Positions 49,181 to 58,691 of a DNA stretch of 64,000 bases are shown here, in pieces. The notes under the pieces were generated by a model that did not search any database, was not told the origin of the DNA, and saw only the letters and a program-made list of their open reading frames with translations. The translations under genes were made by a program, and so were the position numbers. The number at the start of each line of letters is the position of its first letter. The first letter of the stretch is position 1. Origin of the DNA: an uncultured delta proteobacterium (GTDB lineage Bacteria; Myxococcota_A; Polyangia; Polyangiales; Polyangiaceae); NCBI GenBank assembly GCA_963850305.1, contig CAWKKR010000002.1:119761-183760 (forward strand), in the 5' to 3' direction.

Positions 49181-50209
49181 ATGCGGCTCGTAAGGACCCA
49201 GACTGACCTGCTCGAATTTCGCGGCCGCGATGGCCTCGGCGCCCCGGCGCTCGTCGGCGGGGCATTACTCGTCGGTCCCGCATCCATCGCACTGTTCGCG
49301 GATGCGCCGCTGACCTCAGTCCGCATTCTCATGGTGCTGGTGCTCGCACTCCTGGCGCTCGGGCTTCTACGGCTTGGGTGGGCACGGCGTCATCGCGTTC
49401 GGATATCCGTGAAGGATCGGACGATCCAGGTCGACGGCGGTTTACCCTCGGGTCTGGGCGACGATCCAGTGCTCCGCCTGGTCGCGGCGCCTTCGATCCA
49501 TGCGACGGGCCCTTCGCGATATGGCGTTTGCCTGGAGCGTCCCGGGAACGAACCCGTACTGGTGCTGGCATCGAGCGACCCGGCGCGCGCGCTCGATGAC
49601 GCGTCTGTGGTGCGGAGGGTGCTCGCGGTTCCCGTATCGACGGGTTGGGGCTTGCCCGCCACGGCGCCGCCGTGGGTGGACGTCAGGAGGAACGTGCCGT
49701 CGGAAAACGAGGCGCCGCCGAACCCGGGCCATTCGACGGAGCCGCCCTCGCCGCGCCGCATCGCAACCATGCTGTTGGTCGGAAGCGCAGTCGTGGGGTT
49801 GCTATTGGCGAACGAGTTTTCCACTCGCATCGCGCTCGGCGACACCGCGTCGCGAATGAGCATTATTCTTCCAGTGCTCGCCACCGGTATGTTGCTCCTT
49901 GTCGCAGCTGGGTTCGGAACGAGCGAGATTCGCGTTCGGGCGCGCGACGATCTGAGCTGCGAGCGTCGGATCTGGGGCGTGCGGTACGCGCGTCGATCGA
50001 TCCCATTTAGGGCCATCCATCGAGCGTATTTCGTGACGCCTTCGCAGGCACCGCCGAGCCACATCTTGCTCGACACGGACGACGGAGCGGTTGCTTTCCC
50101 CTGCGACCCCTCCACGGTGGCAAGCGTGCTCACGCGGGTCGAAGGGCGGATGACTCAGGGCGGCGGTCCGGAGATCTCGATCGTGCCGCCGACGCACTCA
50201 CGTTCGTAG
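49181..50209 (+). CDS. Hypothetical membrane protein with two TM-hairpin + beta-domain modules
   Basis: Two pairs of hydrophobic helices, each followed by a bPH-like soluble segment. Confidence 0.65.
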   Translation: MRLVRTQTDLLEFRGRDGLGAPALVGGALLVGPASIALFADAPLTSVRILMVLVLALLALGLLRLGWARRHRVRISVKDRTIQVDGGLPSGLGDDPVLRLVAAPSIHATGPSRYGVCLERPGNEPVLVLASSDPARALDDASVVRRVLAVPVSTGWGLPATAPPWVDVRRNVPSENEAPPNPGHSTEPPSPRRIATMLLVGSAVVGLLLANEFSTRIALGDTASRMSIILPVLATGMLLLVAAGFGTSEIRVRARDDLSCERRIWGVRYARRSIPFRAIHRAYFVTPSQAPPSHILLDTDDGAVAFPCDPSTVASVLTRVEGRMTQGGGPEISIVPPTHSRS

Positions 50210-50652
50210 ACGAGCGGCGGGCCCGTGTCGGGCACGATCTCGATACGGAGCGGCAACCCGACCTTGCACGAAGTGTCCCCGAGGAACGGCGTGTGCCCGA
50301 CCAGGCGCCCGTTGACGTAGACTTCCGAGCGGGGGCTGCCGGCCGTCACGCCCAGCGTCATGCGATGGGGGCGACCGGCGTTGGGGAGCGGCATGGGCGC
50401 AGCCGGCGGAGTCGTCAGGCGCACGCCGGGTCTCGGGCTGGATTGCGATGGGACGCTCACCGCCGCGTGGGGGACCGGCTTCGTCGAGAAATTTGCGTCG
50501 CTGACGCCCCAGGCGCGGTCGAAACTGGCGAGCGCGAATCGCGTCGACACCGCCGTGACCAGGAGCGCCGCGATGAACTGCGAAACGATCGCGGCGCGCT
50601 GAACGTACCAGCGAAGCGAGCGCGTCGCTGGAGGCGGGCTCGAGAGTGTCAT
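50155..50652 (-). CDS. Membrane-anchored PEGA-like domain protein
   Basis: ATGA overlap with the upstream ATPase; TM, Pro-rich linker, SEVYVNGRLVGHTPF. Confidence 0.75.
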   Translation of the reverse strand: MTLSSPPPATRSLRWYVQRAAIVSQFIAALLVTAVSTRFALASFDRAWGVSDANFSTKPVPHAAVSVPSQSSPRPGVRLTTPPAAPMPLPNAGRPHRMTLGVTAGSPRSEVYVNGRLVGHTPFLGDTSCKVGLPLRIEIVPDTGPPLVYERECVGGTIEISGPPP

Positions 50653-52154
50653 CCCGCCACCCGCAGAGCTTCCGTGAGCGATGTCTCCCCGTCGCGGGCC
50701 CGCTTCAAGCCGTCGATCAAAAGCGGGGTCATTCCCTGCGCGACGGCGATGTCGAATATCTCGTTCGTCGGTCGCCGCTCGTTCACCGCGGCGCGGAGAG
50801 TGGCATCGAGGACGAGCAGTTCCGCAATCGGGCGCCTGCCGGTGAAGCCCAGGCCTTCGCAATAATCGCAGCCCACGGGCTCGTAGTACGGGCCGGCGGG
50901 CAGCACAATCCCGTGGCGCTCGAACCGCGCGATGATGAGTGGCTCCGGCTCGGCGACGCGGCGGCAGTTGATGCAGAGCGTCCGGACGAGCCGCTGCGAC
51001 AGGCAACCGATGGTCGCGCTCGCGATGATGAAGGGTTCCACGTTCATGTCGATGATGCGGGCAAAGGGCCCCGCGGCACTGTCCCCATGAACGGTCGTGA
51101 GGATGAGATGGCCGGTCAATCCCGCCTGCATGGCGATATCCGCCGTCTCGTGATCGCGGATCTCACCGACCATGAGCACGTTGGGATCCTGCCGCAGCAC
51201 GCTTCGCAGCGTCGCCGCGAACGTCATGCCCGCCTTGGGATGCATCTGGGTCTGCGTTGCAAACGGAAGCTCGAGCTCGATCGGATCTTCGAGGGTCACG
51301 AGCGACGTCGTGCTCCCCCTGGACCCGGCGATGAACTGCATCGCGCCGTAAAGCGTCGTCGTCTTGCCGCTGCCAACAGGGGCGGTGACGAAGAGCAGCC
51401 CCTGCGGTCGCGTCAGGACTTCCTTCAACCCCGTGAGAACCGAGTCCGAGAACCCGAGCGCATCGAGATCGGGCACCTTGAGCGCGCCGCGAACGAAGCG
51501 GAGCACGATGCGCTCGCCGGTTTCGGTTGGCAGAGTCGATGTGCGCGCTTCGACTAGGGCACCGTCGACGGTCATCATCAGGCGACCGTCCTGGGGAATT
51601 CCGCGTATGTAGGTGTCGAGCCGGGCGAGGACCTTCACGCGCGTGGTGAGGCGTGGCGCGAGCTCGAGCGGAACGTTCATGACTTCGTGCAGGGTACCGA
51701 GCACGCGGTACGTCAGTTTGTAGCCCTGAGGCGTCGGGGACATATGGATGTCGCTTGCCTCGACCGCGATCGCCCCGCGGACGAGCTCGTCGAAGGCGGC
51801 GATGATGTCCGGCTTCGGCCCGGCAAGGCAGCTCGCGACGCGAGATTTGACCTCACGGATGCGCTCGCGCACATTGACGCCCCCGAGCGCGCTGAACGCC
51901 CGACGCGAAGTCGCGCGACGGCGATTGACGATCGCGTCCGCCACGCCGAACACGACGGCGATCCCCACCGCGACGAACGCCGCGCGCGCCATCCATCCCC
52001 AGAGCCCGTACGAGAACGTGGCGTGAGCCACCGAAGCGATCGCGGCGAGCCTCCCGTCCAGCGTCGAATCCTCGGTCCAGAAGCCCGCGAGACACGCCCC
52101 CACCGCCGCCGCCGCGACGGCCAAGAACACCAATCGACTCAGTCCTCCTTGCAT
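50649..52154 (-). CDS. GspE/PulE/PilB-family ATPase with N-terminal hydrophobic helices
   Basis: ASDIH, PQDGR, TAPVGSGKTTT, LEDPIE, LRQDPNVLMVGEIRD, TGHLILTTVH and CINC...CDYC motifs. Confidence 0.92.
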   Translation of the reverse strand: MQGGLSRLVFLAVAAAAVGACLAGFWTEDSTLDGRLAAIASVAHATFSYGLWGWMARAAFVAVGIAVVFGVADAIVNRRRATSRRAFSALGGVNVRERIREVKSRVASCLAGPKPDIIAAFDELVRGAIAVEASDIHMSPTPQGYKLTYRVLGTLHEVMNVPLELAPRLTTRVKVLARLDTYIRGIPQDGRLMMTVDGALVEARTSTLPTETGERIVLRFVRGALKVPDLDALGFSDSVLTGLKEVLTRPQGLLFVTAPVGSGKTTTLYGAMQFIAGSRGSTTSLVTLEDPIELELPFATQTQMHPKAGMTFAATLRSVLRQDPNVLMVGEIRDHETADIAMQAGLTGHLILTTVHGDSAAGPFARIIDMNVEPFIIASATIGCLSQRLVRTLCINCRRVAEPEPLIIARFERHGIVLPAGPYYEPVGCDYCEGLGFTGRRPIAELLVLDATLRAAVNERRPTNEIFDIAVAQGMTPLLIDGLKRARDGETSLTEALRVAG

Positions 52155-52295
52155 CGAGCGGCACCCCGAGGGGCTAGAGTCACGGAAGCTCGAAGATACA
52201 CGACGGAGACTCGTACGCGCCAGAAGCGTTCAGCGACGGTGTTCGGTCGAATCCGATCCTGGAATGGCCGGCATGACCCGGGTAATCTCCCGTCA

Positions 52296-52994
52296 TTGCC
52301 GGCTCTCGAGTGCCTCGGCGTCACGGCGGGCTACGCAACAAATCGGGGCCCGCCGCAAGTCGTCCTTTCGGGTGTCACTTTCGCAGTGATGGAGGGCTCC
52401 GCGGTCGTGGTGCTGGGCCGCTCGGGCAGCGGGAAGTCGACGTTGCTGCGGCTCTTCAACCGTCTCGAGGAGCCCGCGGCCGGTGAAATTCGCTTTCAGG
52501 GACGCCCCCTGGGCGACTACGACCCGCGCGTCCTTCGCCGTCGCGTGGCGCTCGTCGCTCAGGCGCCGGCCGTGTTCGACGGCACGGTGCGCGAAAACCT
52601 GACGACGCGTCCCAAGGGGTTGCCGCTTCCGGAGGAAGCGCGCCTCGTCGCGTCGCTCGACGACGTGGGGCTCTCCGCAGACTTCCTGGCGCGGCCGGCA
52701 CGGGCCCTGTCGGTCGGCGAGAAGCAGCGCGTGTGCCTCGCGCGCGCCCTCGTGCCCGAGCCGGACGTCCTCCTGCTCGACGAACCCACGAGCGCGCTCG
52801 ATCCCCGATCGCTCGGCGTCGTTGCGGAGCTGATCGTCACGGTCGCGACGCGTCGAAAGCTAGCGACGATCACCGCGACGCACCAACAAGAACTCGCCAG
52901 GAGGCTCGGCGGAGACGTCCTTCTTTTGGAAGGTGGGACCGCCACCACCGGGCCGTCGGCGGAAGCGGTGAGCGCTTTCTTCGCGGGCGCCTGA
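52296..52994 (+). CDS. ABC transporter ATP-binding protein (FetA/YbbL-like)
   Basis: GRSGSGKST, LSVGEKQR and LLLDEPTSALD motifs. Start uncertain. Confidence 0.88.
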   Translation: MPALECLGVTAGYATNRGPPQVVLSGVTFAVMEGSAVVVLGRSGSGKSTLLRLFNRLEEPAAGEIRFQGRPLGDYDPRVLRRRVALVAQAPAVFDGTVRENLTTRPKGLPLPEEARLVASLDDVGLSADFLARPARALSVGEKQRVCLARALVPEPDVLLLDEPTSALDPRSLGVVAELIVTVATRRKLATITATHQQELARRLGGDVLLLEGGTATTGPSAEAVSAFFAGA

Positions 52995-53782
52995 TGCTGC
53001 ACTCAATCCTGCCCATCCCGTGGACGAGGCTCGCGCTCGCGCCCCTCTCGCTGCTGTGCGTCCTCGGCCTCGGGTGGTACCTACGCTTGCGCATCTCCCG
53101 CACCGCGCTCGTCGCAGCGACGCGCGGCACGGTACAGCTCATCGCCGTAGGCTACTTTCTCGTCGCGCTCTTCTCCGCGACGACCTGGCCCCCGGTGTTC
53201 GCGACGTTCCTCGTCATGCTGGGCGTTGCGGCCCGCACGGGCGTGAGCCGGCTGCGCCGTCCCCTGCCCGGCATCGCGACGCTTGCCGGCGTATCGCTTG
53301 GGGCCGGGACGGGCCTCGGGATGGTGTTCATGGAGAGCGTGGTCCGGGCCACACCCTGGTACCAGCCCCAGTACGTCATTCCTTTCGCCGGCATGCTTCT
53401 CGGAAACGCGATGAACGGCGCATCCCTCGCGGGCGAACGATTTCAAGAAGATCTCCGAGCGCGGCAGCCGGAGGTCGAAGCGCGACTCGCGCTCGGATTC
53501 AGCGGTCCGGAGAGCGTGCACCCCCTTCTCTCACGCGCCCTTCGTGCGGCCATGATCCCCACCATGAACAGCTTCGCGGTGGCAGGTGTCGTGCAGCTAC
53601 CCGGCATGATGACGGGTCAGATCCTTTCGGGCGTCGCTCCAATCACGGCGGTCGAGTATCAGATCCTAATCTTTTTCCTGCTCATGACTGGTACTGGCGT
53701 GAGCGCTTGGCTCTTCCTCTGTTTCGTGCGCGCGCGCTATCTCACGGGCGCCCATCAGCTTCGCTCGCAGCTGCTCGAATAA
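52994..53782 (+). CDS. fetB: ABC transporter permease, FetB/YbbM (UPF0014) family
   Basis: RGTVQL, IPFAGMLLGNAM and GVVQLPGMMTGQILSG...AVEYQ motifs; TGATG coupling. Confidence 0.9.
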   Translation: MLHSILPIPWTRLALAPLSLLCVLGLGWYLRLRISRTALVAATRGTVQLIAVGYFLVALFSATTWPPVFATFLVMLGVAARTGVSRLRRPLPGIATLAGVSLGAGTGLGMVFMESVVRATPWYQPQYVIPFAGMLLGNAMNGASLAGERFQEDLRARQPEVEARLALGFSGPESVHPLLSRALRAAMIPTMNSFAVAGVVQLPGMMTGQILSGVAPITAVEYQILIFFLLMTGTGVSAWLFLCFVRARYLTGAHQLRSQLLE

Positions 53783-53783
53783 A

Positions 53784-55370
53784 ATGTCCGACGCGACGCA
53801 TACAGCCCCCGCGTGGTTCGTGCGCGGCGACCTGGACGGGTTCTTCGGACTCGCGCTCGACAATCTGGTGCAACTCCTGCTCGTGGACGGCCTCTGCCGG
53901 CACGTCCTCGGATTTCCGGAAGCGTTGCTCTACGGGCGAGTCCTCCCTGGCGTCGCGGTGTCGCTCGTCGTCGGGAATCTGTTCTACGCGCGTCAGGCGA
54001 TGGTGGTTGCGCGACGGACGGGACGCCCGACATGCGCACTGCCGTACGGGATCAACACCGTGTCGCTCTTCGCGCACGTGTTTCTCGTGATGCTGCCCGC
54101 GAAGCTGGCCGCGACCGCCGCGGGCAATCCGGACCCCGTGCGCGTCGCCTGGCAAGCCGGGCTCGCGGCGTGTTTCGGCTCGGGCGCCGTGGAACTCGCG
54201 GGTGCACTCTTCGCCGAGCGGCTGCGCCGCGCCGCGCCGCGGGCCGCGCTGCTCTCGACGCTGTCCGGCATCGCGCTCGGGTTCATCTCGCTCGGATTCT
54301 TGTTCCGGACGTTCGCACGGCCGATCGTGGGACTCGTCACGCTCGCGATCGTCATGTTGACGTACTTCGGGAAGCGGAAGTTTCGCCTTGGGTTGCCGGG
54401 TGGCTTCGTCGCGATCGTCGTGGGCACCGCGCTCGCTTGGGTCACCGGCATCGCGCCGCCGAGCGGCGGTCCGCCGAGCACTTCCGTCCACTGGCATGGT
54501 CCGATCCCGGCCCTCGGCGACTTGCTGGCCGCGTTCGGCCACGGTGATGCGCTCCGATATCTCGGCGTCATCGTGCCCATGGGTCTCTTCAATCTCATCG
54601 GATCGCTTCAAAATATAGAATCCGCCGAAGCCTCCGGGGACAGCTTCGCGACGGCTCCGTCGCTCGTCGTGAACGGCCTCGGATCGATCGCGGCGAGCCT
54701 CTTTGGCTCCTGCTTTCCGACGACGATCTACATCGGGCACCCGGGGTGGAAGGCGATGGGCGCCGGAGCCGGCTATTCCGTCGCGAACGCAGCCTTCTTC
54801 ACGCTCGTCGCGCTGACCGGCACGCTCGGCTTCATTGCCTGGGCCGTTCCGATCGACGCCGGCATGGCCATCGTTCTTTACATCGGCATCGTCATCACGA
54901 GCCAGGCCTTCGAAGCGACGCCGCGCGCGCACGCGCCCGCAGTGGTCATGGGAATTCTCCCCGGCGTCGGCGCCTGGGGCGCCCTGATGGCGAAGGACGG
55001 CCTTCGCGCTGCCGGGCTCGGCACGCCCGGCGCACCGTTCACGGACACGCTGATCGCCGCCTTTGCGCGCACCGACACGTTCATTCACGGCGCGTTCGCC
55101 CTCGAGCAGGGCTTCATCTTCACCGCGATGATCCTGGCGTCCGCGACCGTCGCACTCATCGAACGCTCATTCATCCAGGCGGCGCTATGGTGCTGGGCCG
55201 GAGCGGGGCTCTCGGCGGTCGGCTTGATGCACAGCTATGCGTTCACGCCGGGAGATACCGTCGTTCACATCGCGCCCGCGTGGCCCTGGGCGGCTGGCTA
55301 CGCGCTGGCCGGCGTGGTCTTCTTCACCGCACGCTTCACGACCGTCGGAGACTCCGGCGACGCGCATTGA
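53784..55370 (+). CDS. NCS2/AzgA-like nucleobase permease family protein
   Basis: GDLDGFFGL, ALPYGINT, NIESAEASGD and FGSCFPTTIYIGHPGWK motifs. Confidence 0.85.
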   Translation: MSDATHTAPAWFVRGDLDGFFGLALDNLVQLLLVDGLCRHVLGFPEALLYGRVLPGVAVSLVVGNLFYARQAMVVARRTGRPTCALPYGINTVSLFAHVFLVMLPAKLAATAAGNPDPVRVAWQAGLAACFGSGAVELAGALFAERLRRAAPRAALLSTLSGIALGFISLGFLFRTFARPIVGLVTLAIVMLTYFGKRKFRLGLPGGFVAIVVGTALAWVTGIAPPSGGPPSTSVHWHGPIPALGDLLAAFGHGDALRYLGVIVPMGLFNLIGSLQNIESAEASGDSFATAPSLVVNGLGSIAASLFGSCFPTTIYIGHPGWKAMGAGAGYSVANAAFFTLVALTGTLGFIAWAVPIDAGMAIVLYIGIVITSQAFEATPRAHAPAVVMGILPGVGAWGALMAKDGLRAAGLGTPGAPFTDTLIAAFARTDTFIHGAFALEQGFIFTAMILASATVALIERSFIQAALWCWAGAGLSAVGLMHSYAFTPGDTVVHIAPAWPWAAGYALAGVVFFTARFTTVGDSGDAH

Positions 55371-55452
55371 CGCGACAGGTCGTGTGCCTTTCGCGCTCGA
55401 GAGCGTCGTTTGCCCGTTTCAAGACGCCCCGAGCGCCAGTATCATGCGCGCC

Positions 55453-56622
55453 ATGAGAGCTTCCTTGACGGTACTGGGGTTGTTGGCTTCTGCGACCTTG
55501 ATTGCCTGTGGCTCGAGCAGCGACACTGGCAAGAACCAATCCGGCACGAACGGAACCGACGGAGGCGGAACCGACGCCGGCAACTACGTCGCGCCTACCG
55601 GGGCGCCCATCACCGGCGCGCAGGATAACGTGTGGACCTGGGTTCCCGTCGATGGCGCCGTCTGCCGTGACGGTTCACCCGCGGGTTTCGGCGTGAACAT
55701 GAACTCCGCTTCGAAGAACCTGATGATTTACCTGCAGGGGGGCGGCGCCTGTTACAACGCCATCACCTGCTTCGCGAACCCGCCGAATTTCGACTCGTCG
55801 ACGATCGCGTCGGCCGCCTCGGGCGGTGTCCTCGACCGAACCAACGCCGCGAACCCGGTCAAGGACTGGAACATGGTCTTCGTCCCCTTTTGCACGGGCG
55901 ACGTCCACGGTGGCACCGCCACGAACGTGACCGTCCCCGGCGTCGCGGGCTTGCAGCAATTCGTCGGTTACACGAACATGGGGCTGTTTCTCGACCGGAT
56001 CGTACCGACGTTCAAGAACGTCCAGCACGTTCTTCACACCGGGATGAGCGCAGGAGGCTTCGGTTCGGGCCTGACGATTCAGCTCGTCGCGGACAAGTTC
56101 CCCCCGGGGACGAACATCACCTTCATCGATGACTCGGGTCCGCCGATGAGCAGCACCTACTTACCCTCCTGCCTGCAGGGGTCGTGGCGAACCACATGGG
56201 GCTTCGATAACAGCTTCCTCAAGGACTGCGGGGCGGATTGTCCCGATCCGAATAACTTCGCCATCGATTGGTCGCTCCACCTTCTCAAGAAGTACCCCAC
56301 CCAGAAGTCGGGCCTGATCGAGTCCATTGACGACAGTGTGATCACGCTGTTTTACGGCTGGGGCACGAACAACTGCGCCACGCCGGGCTCGGCCGTCGCG
56401 ACGCCGGTGGACGCCGCGACCTTCAAGGCCGGCCTCCTCGACTTCCGCAGCGAGATCACGGCGAAGACCCAGAACTTCGGCACGTACTACCCGAACAGCA
56501 CCCAGCACACCTGGACGCAAGGTGCGTCGTTCTATACGGAAGACGAGGGCGGAACGGCTCTCGTCGACTGGTACACGAACATCCTGAACGGCGGCACGCC
56601 GACTCAGGTCGGCGGCAATTAG
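55453..56622 (+). CDS. Pectin acetylesterase-family hydrolase lipoprotein
   Basis: Lipobox LIAC; CRDGS, YLQGGGAC, PFCTGDVHGG, GMSAGG and DDSG motifs. Confidence 0.85.
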   Translation: MRASLTVLGLLASATLIACGSSSDTGKNQSGTNGTDGGGTDAGNYVAPTGAPITGAQDNVWTWVPVDGAVCRDGSPAGFGVNMNSASKNLMIYLQGGGACYNAITCFANPPNFDSSTIASAASGGVLDRTNAANPVKDWNMVFVPFCTGDVHGGTATNVTVPGVAGLQQFVGYTNMGLFLDRIVPTFKNVQHVLHTGMSAGGFGSGLTIQLVADKFPPGTNITFIDDSGPPMSSTYLPSCLQGSWRTTWGFDNSFLKDCGADCPDPNNFAIDWSLHLLKKYPTQKSGLIESIDDSVITLFYGWGTNNCATPGSAVATPVDAATFKAGLLDFRSEITAKTQNFGTYYPNSTQHTWTQGASFYTEDEGGTALVDWYTNILNGGTPTQVGGN

Positions 56623-56681
56623 CCCCAGCGCTCCGCTGGCGCGTGAGCTAGGGTCCGCGCCCCGCGCGTCGGGTTCGGACC

Positions 56682-57359
56682 ATGGCCTTCCCGCTCGCCG
56701 TTGCTCTGATCGCTGTTTTCCTGGGCACATGGCTCGCGCTCTTTCGACCTGCGAGCCCTCGCGCGTTGACGGCGGTGCGGCGCGTGTCCGTCGCAGCCGC
56801 GCTGCTCGTCATCGCGACGCATCTGCTGCCGGAAGCGCTGCACGGCCTTGGAGCCCTCGCGCTGATCGGCTTCGCCGCGGGAGCCGCATTGCCCGCCATC
56901 CTGGCGCATGTCGGCAGACTGCTGACGCCGCACGGGCAAGTGGCATCGGTGGTGGCGCTGGAGATCAGCTACGCGGGTTTGGTGATACATCGCTTTGGCG
57001 ACGGCTTATCGATGGGCGCTTATGCAACCGGCAAAGATGGCTTTCTACCGATCGCCGCGGTTGTCCTTGCGCTGGCGGCGCACATCGTGCCGGTGACGAC
57101 CGTCATGCTTCTGGCCGTGGCGTCCCTGCGCGGCCGCCAAGCGGCTCTGGTTCACGGCTTCATTTTGGCTGCAGCGACCATGGCGGGCGTCGCGCTCGCC
57201 TTCGTCGCCATGGGCAACGAGCCTGCGCCGGCGGCAGCGTGGATCTCTGCCATTGTCGCCGGGCTCCTGCTCCACGTCGTCGCACATCCCGGCGGCGCCG
57301 CGCACGCGGAGCACGCCTCCCGACCCCCTTTGCGGCCTACTCCTCCTGACGCGGGGTGA
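56682..57359 (+). CDS. ZIP-like metal transporter membrane protein
   Basis: HLLPEAL, HRFGDG, AHIVP and GLLLHVVAH in TM helices. Confidence 0.65.
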   Translation: MAFPLAVALIAVFLGTWLALFRPASPRALTAVRRVSVAAALLVIATHLLPEALHGLGALALIGFAAGAALPAILAHVGRLLTPHGQVASVVALEISYAGLVIHRFGDGLSMGAYATGKDGFLPIAAVVLALAAHIVPVTTVMLLAVASLRGRQAALVHGFILAAATMAGVALAFVAMGNEPAPAAAWISAIVAGLLLHVVAHPGGAAHAEHASRPPLRPTPPDAG

Positions 57360-57414
57360 AAATCGAGGTTCTTTCCCGCCCTTGTTCCGGGGAAGTGGTA
57401 GCATCTAGGGTCAC

Positions 57415-57795
57415 GTGGGCCGCCCCGAAGACAGCTGGGAAGAGCAGACGACGATGGTGCACGACATACCCGTGCCGGCGTCAGTCCGACACCGCCCGAA
57501 GAAACCGTTCACGCTCGAACAGGTTGCGGGTCCCGGCGCGCCGGCGGAACACGTTCTGGGCCAAGACGAGGTCGTCATCGGACGATCGCTTCAGGCGACC
57601 ATTTCCATCGACGACACCGGCATCTCACGCCAGCACCTGACGATTCGTAAATCGGGACCGGAATATGCTTTCACGGACCTGAACAGCGCCAATGGAGTCT
57701 ATCTGAACAGCATCAAGACTCACGGGGCCGTTCTCCGAGAGGGCGACGTCATCCAGCTTGGTGAGACGATCTTCGTCTTTCACGAAGGCGCCTGA
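57415..57795 (+). CDS. Stand-alone FHA-domain protein
   Basis: IGRS, ISRQH, DLNSANG and LREGDVIQLG motifs. Confidence 0.92.
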   Translation: MGRPEDSWEEQTTMVHDIPVPASVRHRPKKPFTLEQVAGPGAPAEHVLGQDEVVIGRSLQATISIDDTGISRQHLTIRKSGPEYAFTDLNSANGVYLNSIKTHGAVLREGDVIQLGETIFVFHEGA

Positions 57796-58673
57796 TGACG
57801 GCCTTCGTCAAATTCTGGGGCACCCGCGGCTCCATTCCCACGCCCGGGCACAAGACGCGCCGCTATGGTGGCAACACCTCCTGCGTCGAGGTTCGAATCG
57901 GCGACACCCTCTTCGTCTGCGACGGCGGGACCGGTCTTCGCGAGCTCGGCGTCGATCTGCTCTCGCGAACCGACCGCCTCGTCGCGCATCTGTTCTTCAG
58001 TCACACGCACTGGGATCACATCCAGGGCTTCCCGTTCTTCGTCCCGGCTTACTCACCGTCCTCGACCTTGCACGTCTACGACGTGAATGAAGACGACGAC
58101 CGTGTTCAGCGGCTCCTCCTCGGCCAGATGCAATCCGAATACTTCCCGGTGAGTTTCGGAGATCTCGGCGCGACGATCCGGTTCAGTCACCTCGGCAAGG
58201 GAGAGAAAACGATCGACGGCACCGTCGTCGGTCACCTCGAGCAGACGCATCCGGGGCGGAGCTTCGCGTTCACGTTCTCCAAGGACGGCAACAAGATCGT
58301 TTACGCGACCGACAGCGAGCTCGACAAGATCATCACGAATCGGGACGATACCGATCGTGACCCGGCCGCGCTCCGCAAGCTGCCCGACGACATCGTTCGG
58401 ACCGTCGCGGACTCGGATCTATTGATCGCCGATGGCCAGTACACGGACGACGAGTACCCGAAGAAGGTCGGCTGGGGCCACGCGCGCGCCACGACCGCCG
58501 TCGATCTCGCAGTTCAGGCTCACGTCAAGCAGCTGGCCATCTATCATCACGACCCGATGCACACCGACGAGCTCCTCGATCAAACGATCGAGGTCTGCCG
58601 AAACCGCGTCGCAACCCACGGCTCGAATCTCGTCGTCCTCGGCGCGCGCGAAGGCCTGGAGCTCAAGATCTGA
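57795..58673 (+). CDS. MBL-fold metallo-hydrolase (RNase Z/phosphodiesterase-like)
   Basis: WGTRGSIP, YGGNTSC, SHTHWDHIQG, YATD, GWGH and HHDP motifs. Confidence 0.92.
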   Translation: MTAFVKFWGTRGSIPTPGHKTRRYGGNTSCVEVRIGDTLFVCDGGTGLRELGVDLLSRTDRLVAHLFFSHTHWDHIQGFPFFVPAYSPSSTLHVYDVNEDDDRVQRLLLGQMQSEYFPVSFGDLGATIRFSHLGKGEKTIDGTVVGHLEQTHPGRSFAFTFSKDGNKIVYATDSELDKIITNRDDTDRDPAALRKLPDDIVRTVADSDLLIADGQYTDDEYPKKVGWGHARATTAVDLAVQAHVKQLAIYHHDPMHTDELLDQTIEVCRNRVATHGSNLVVLGAREGLELKI

Positions 58674-58691
58674 AAGTCCAGGCGACCGCGA

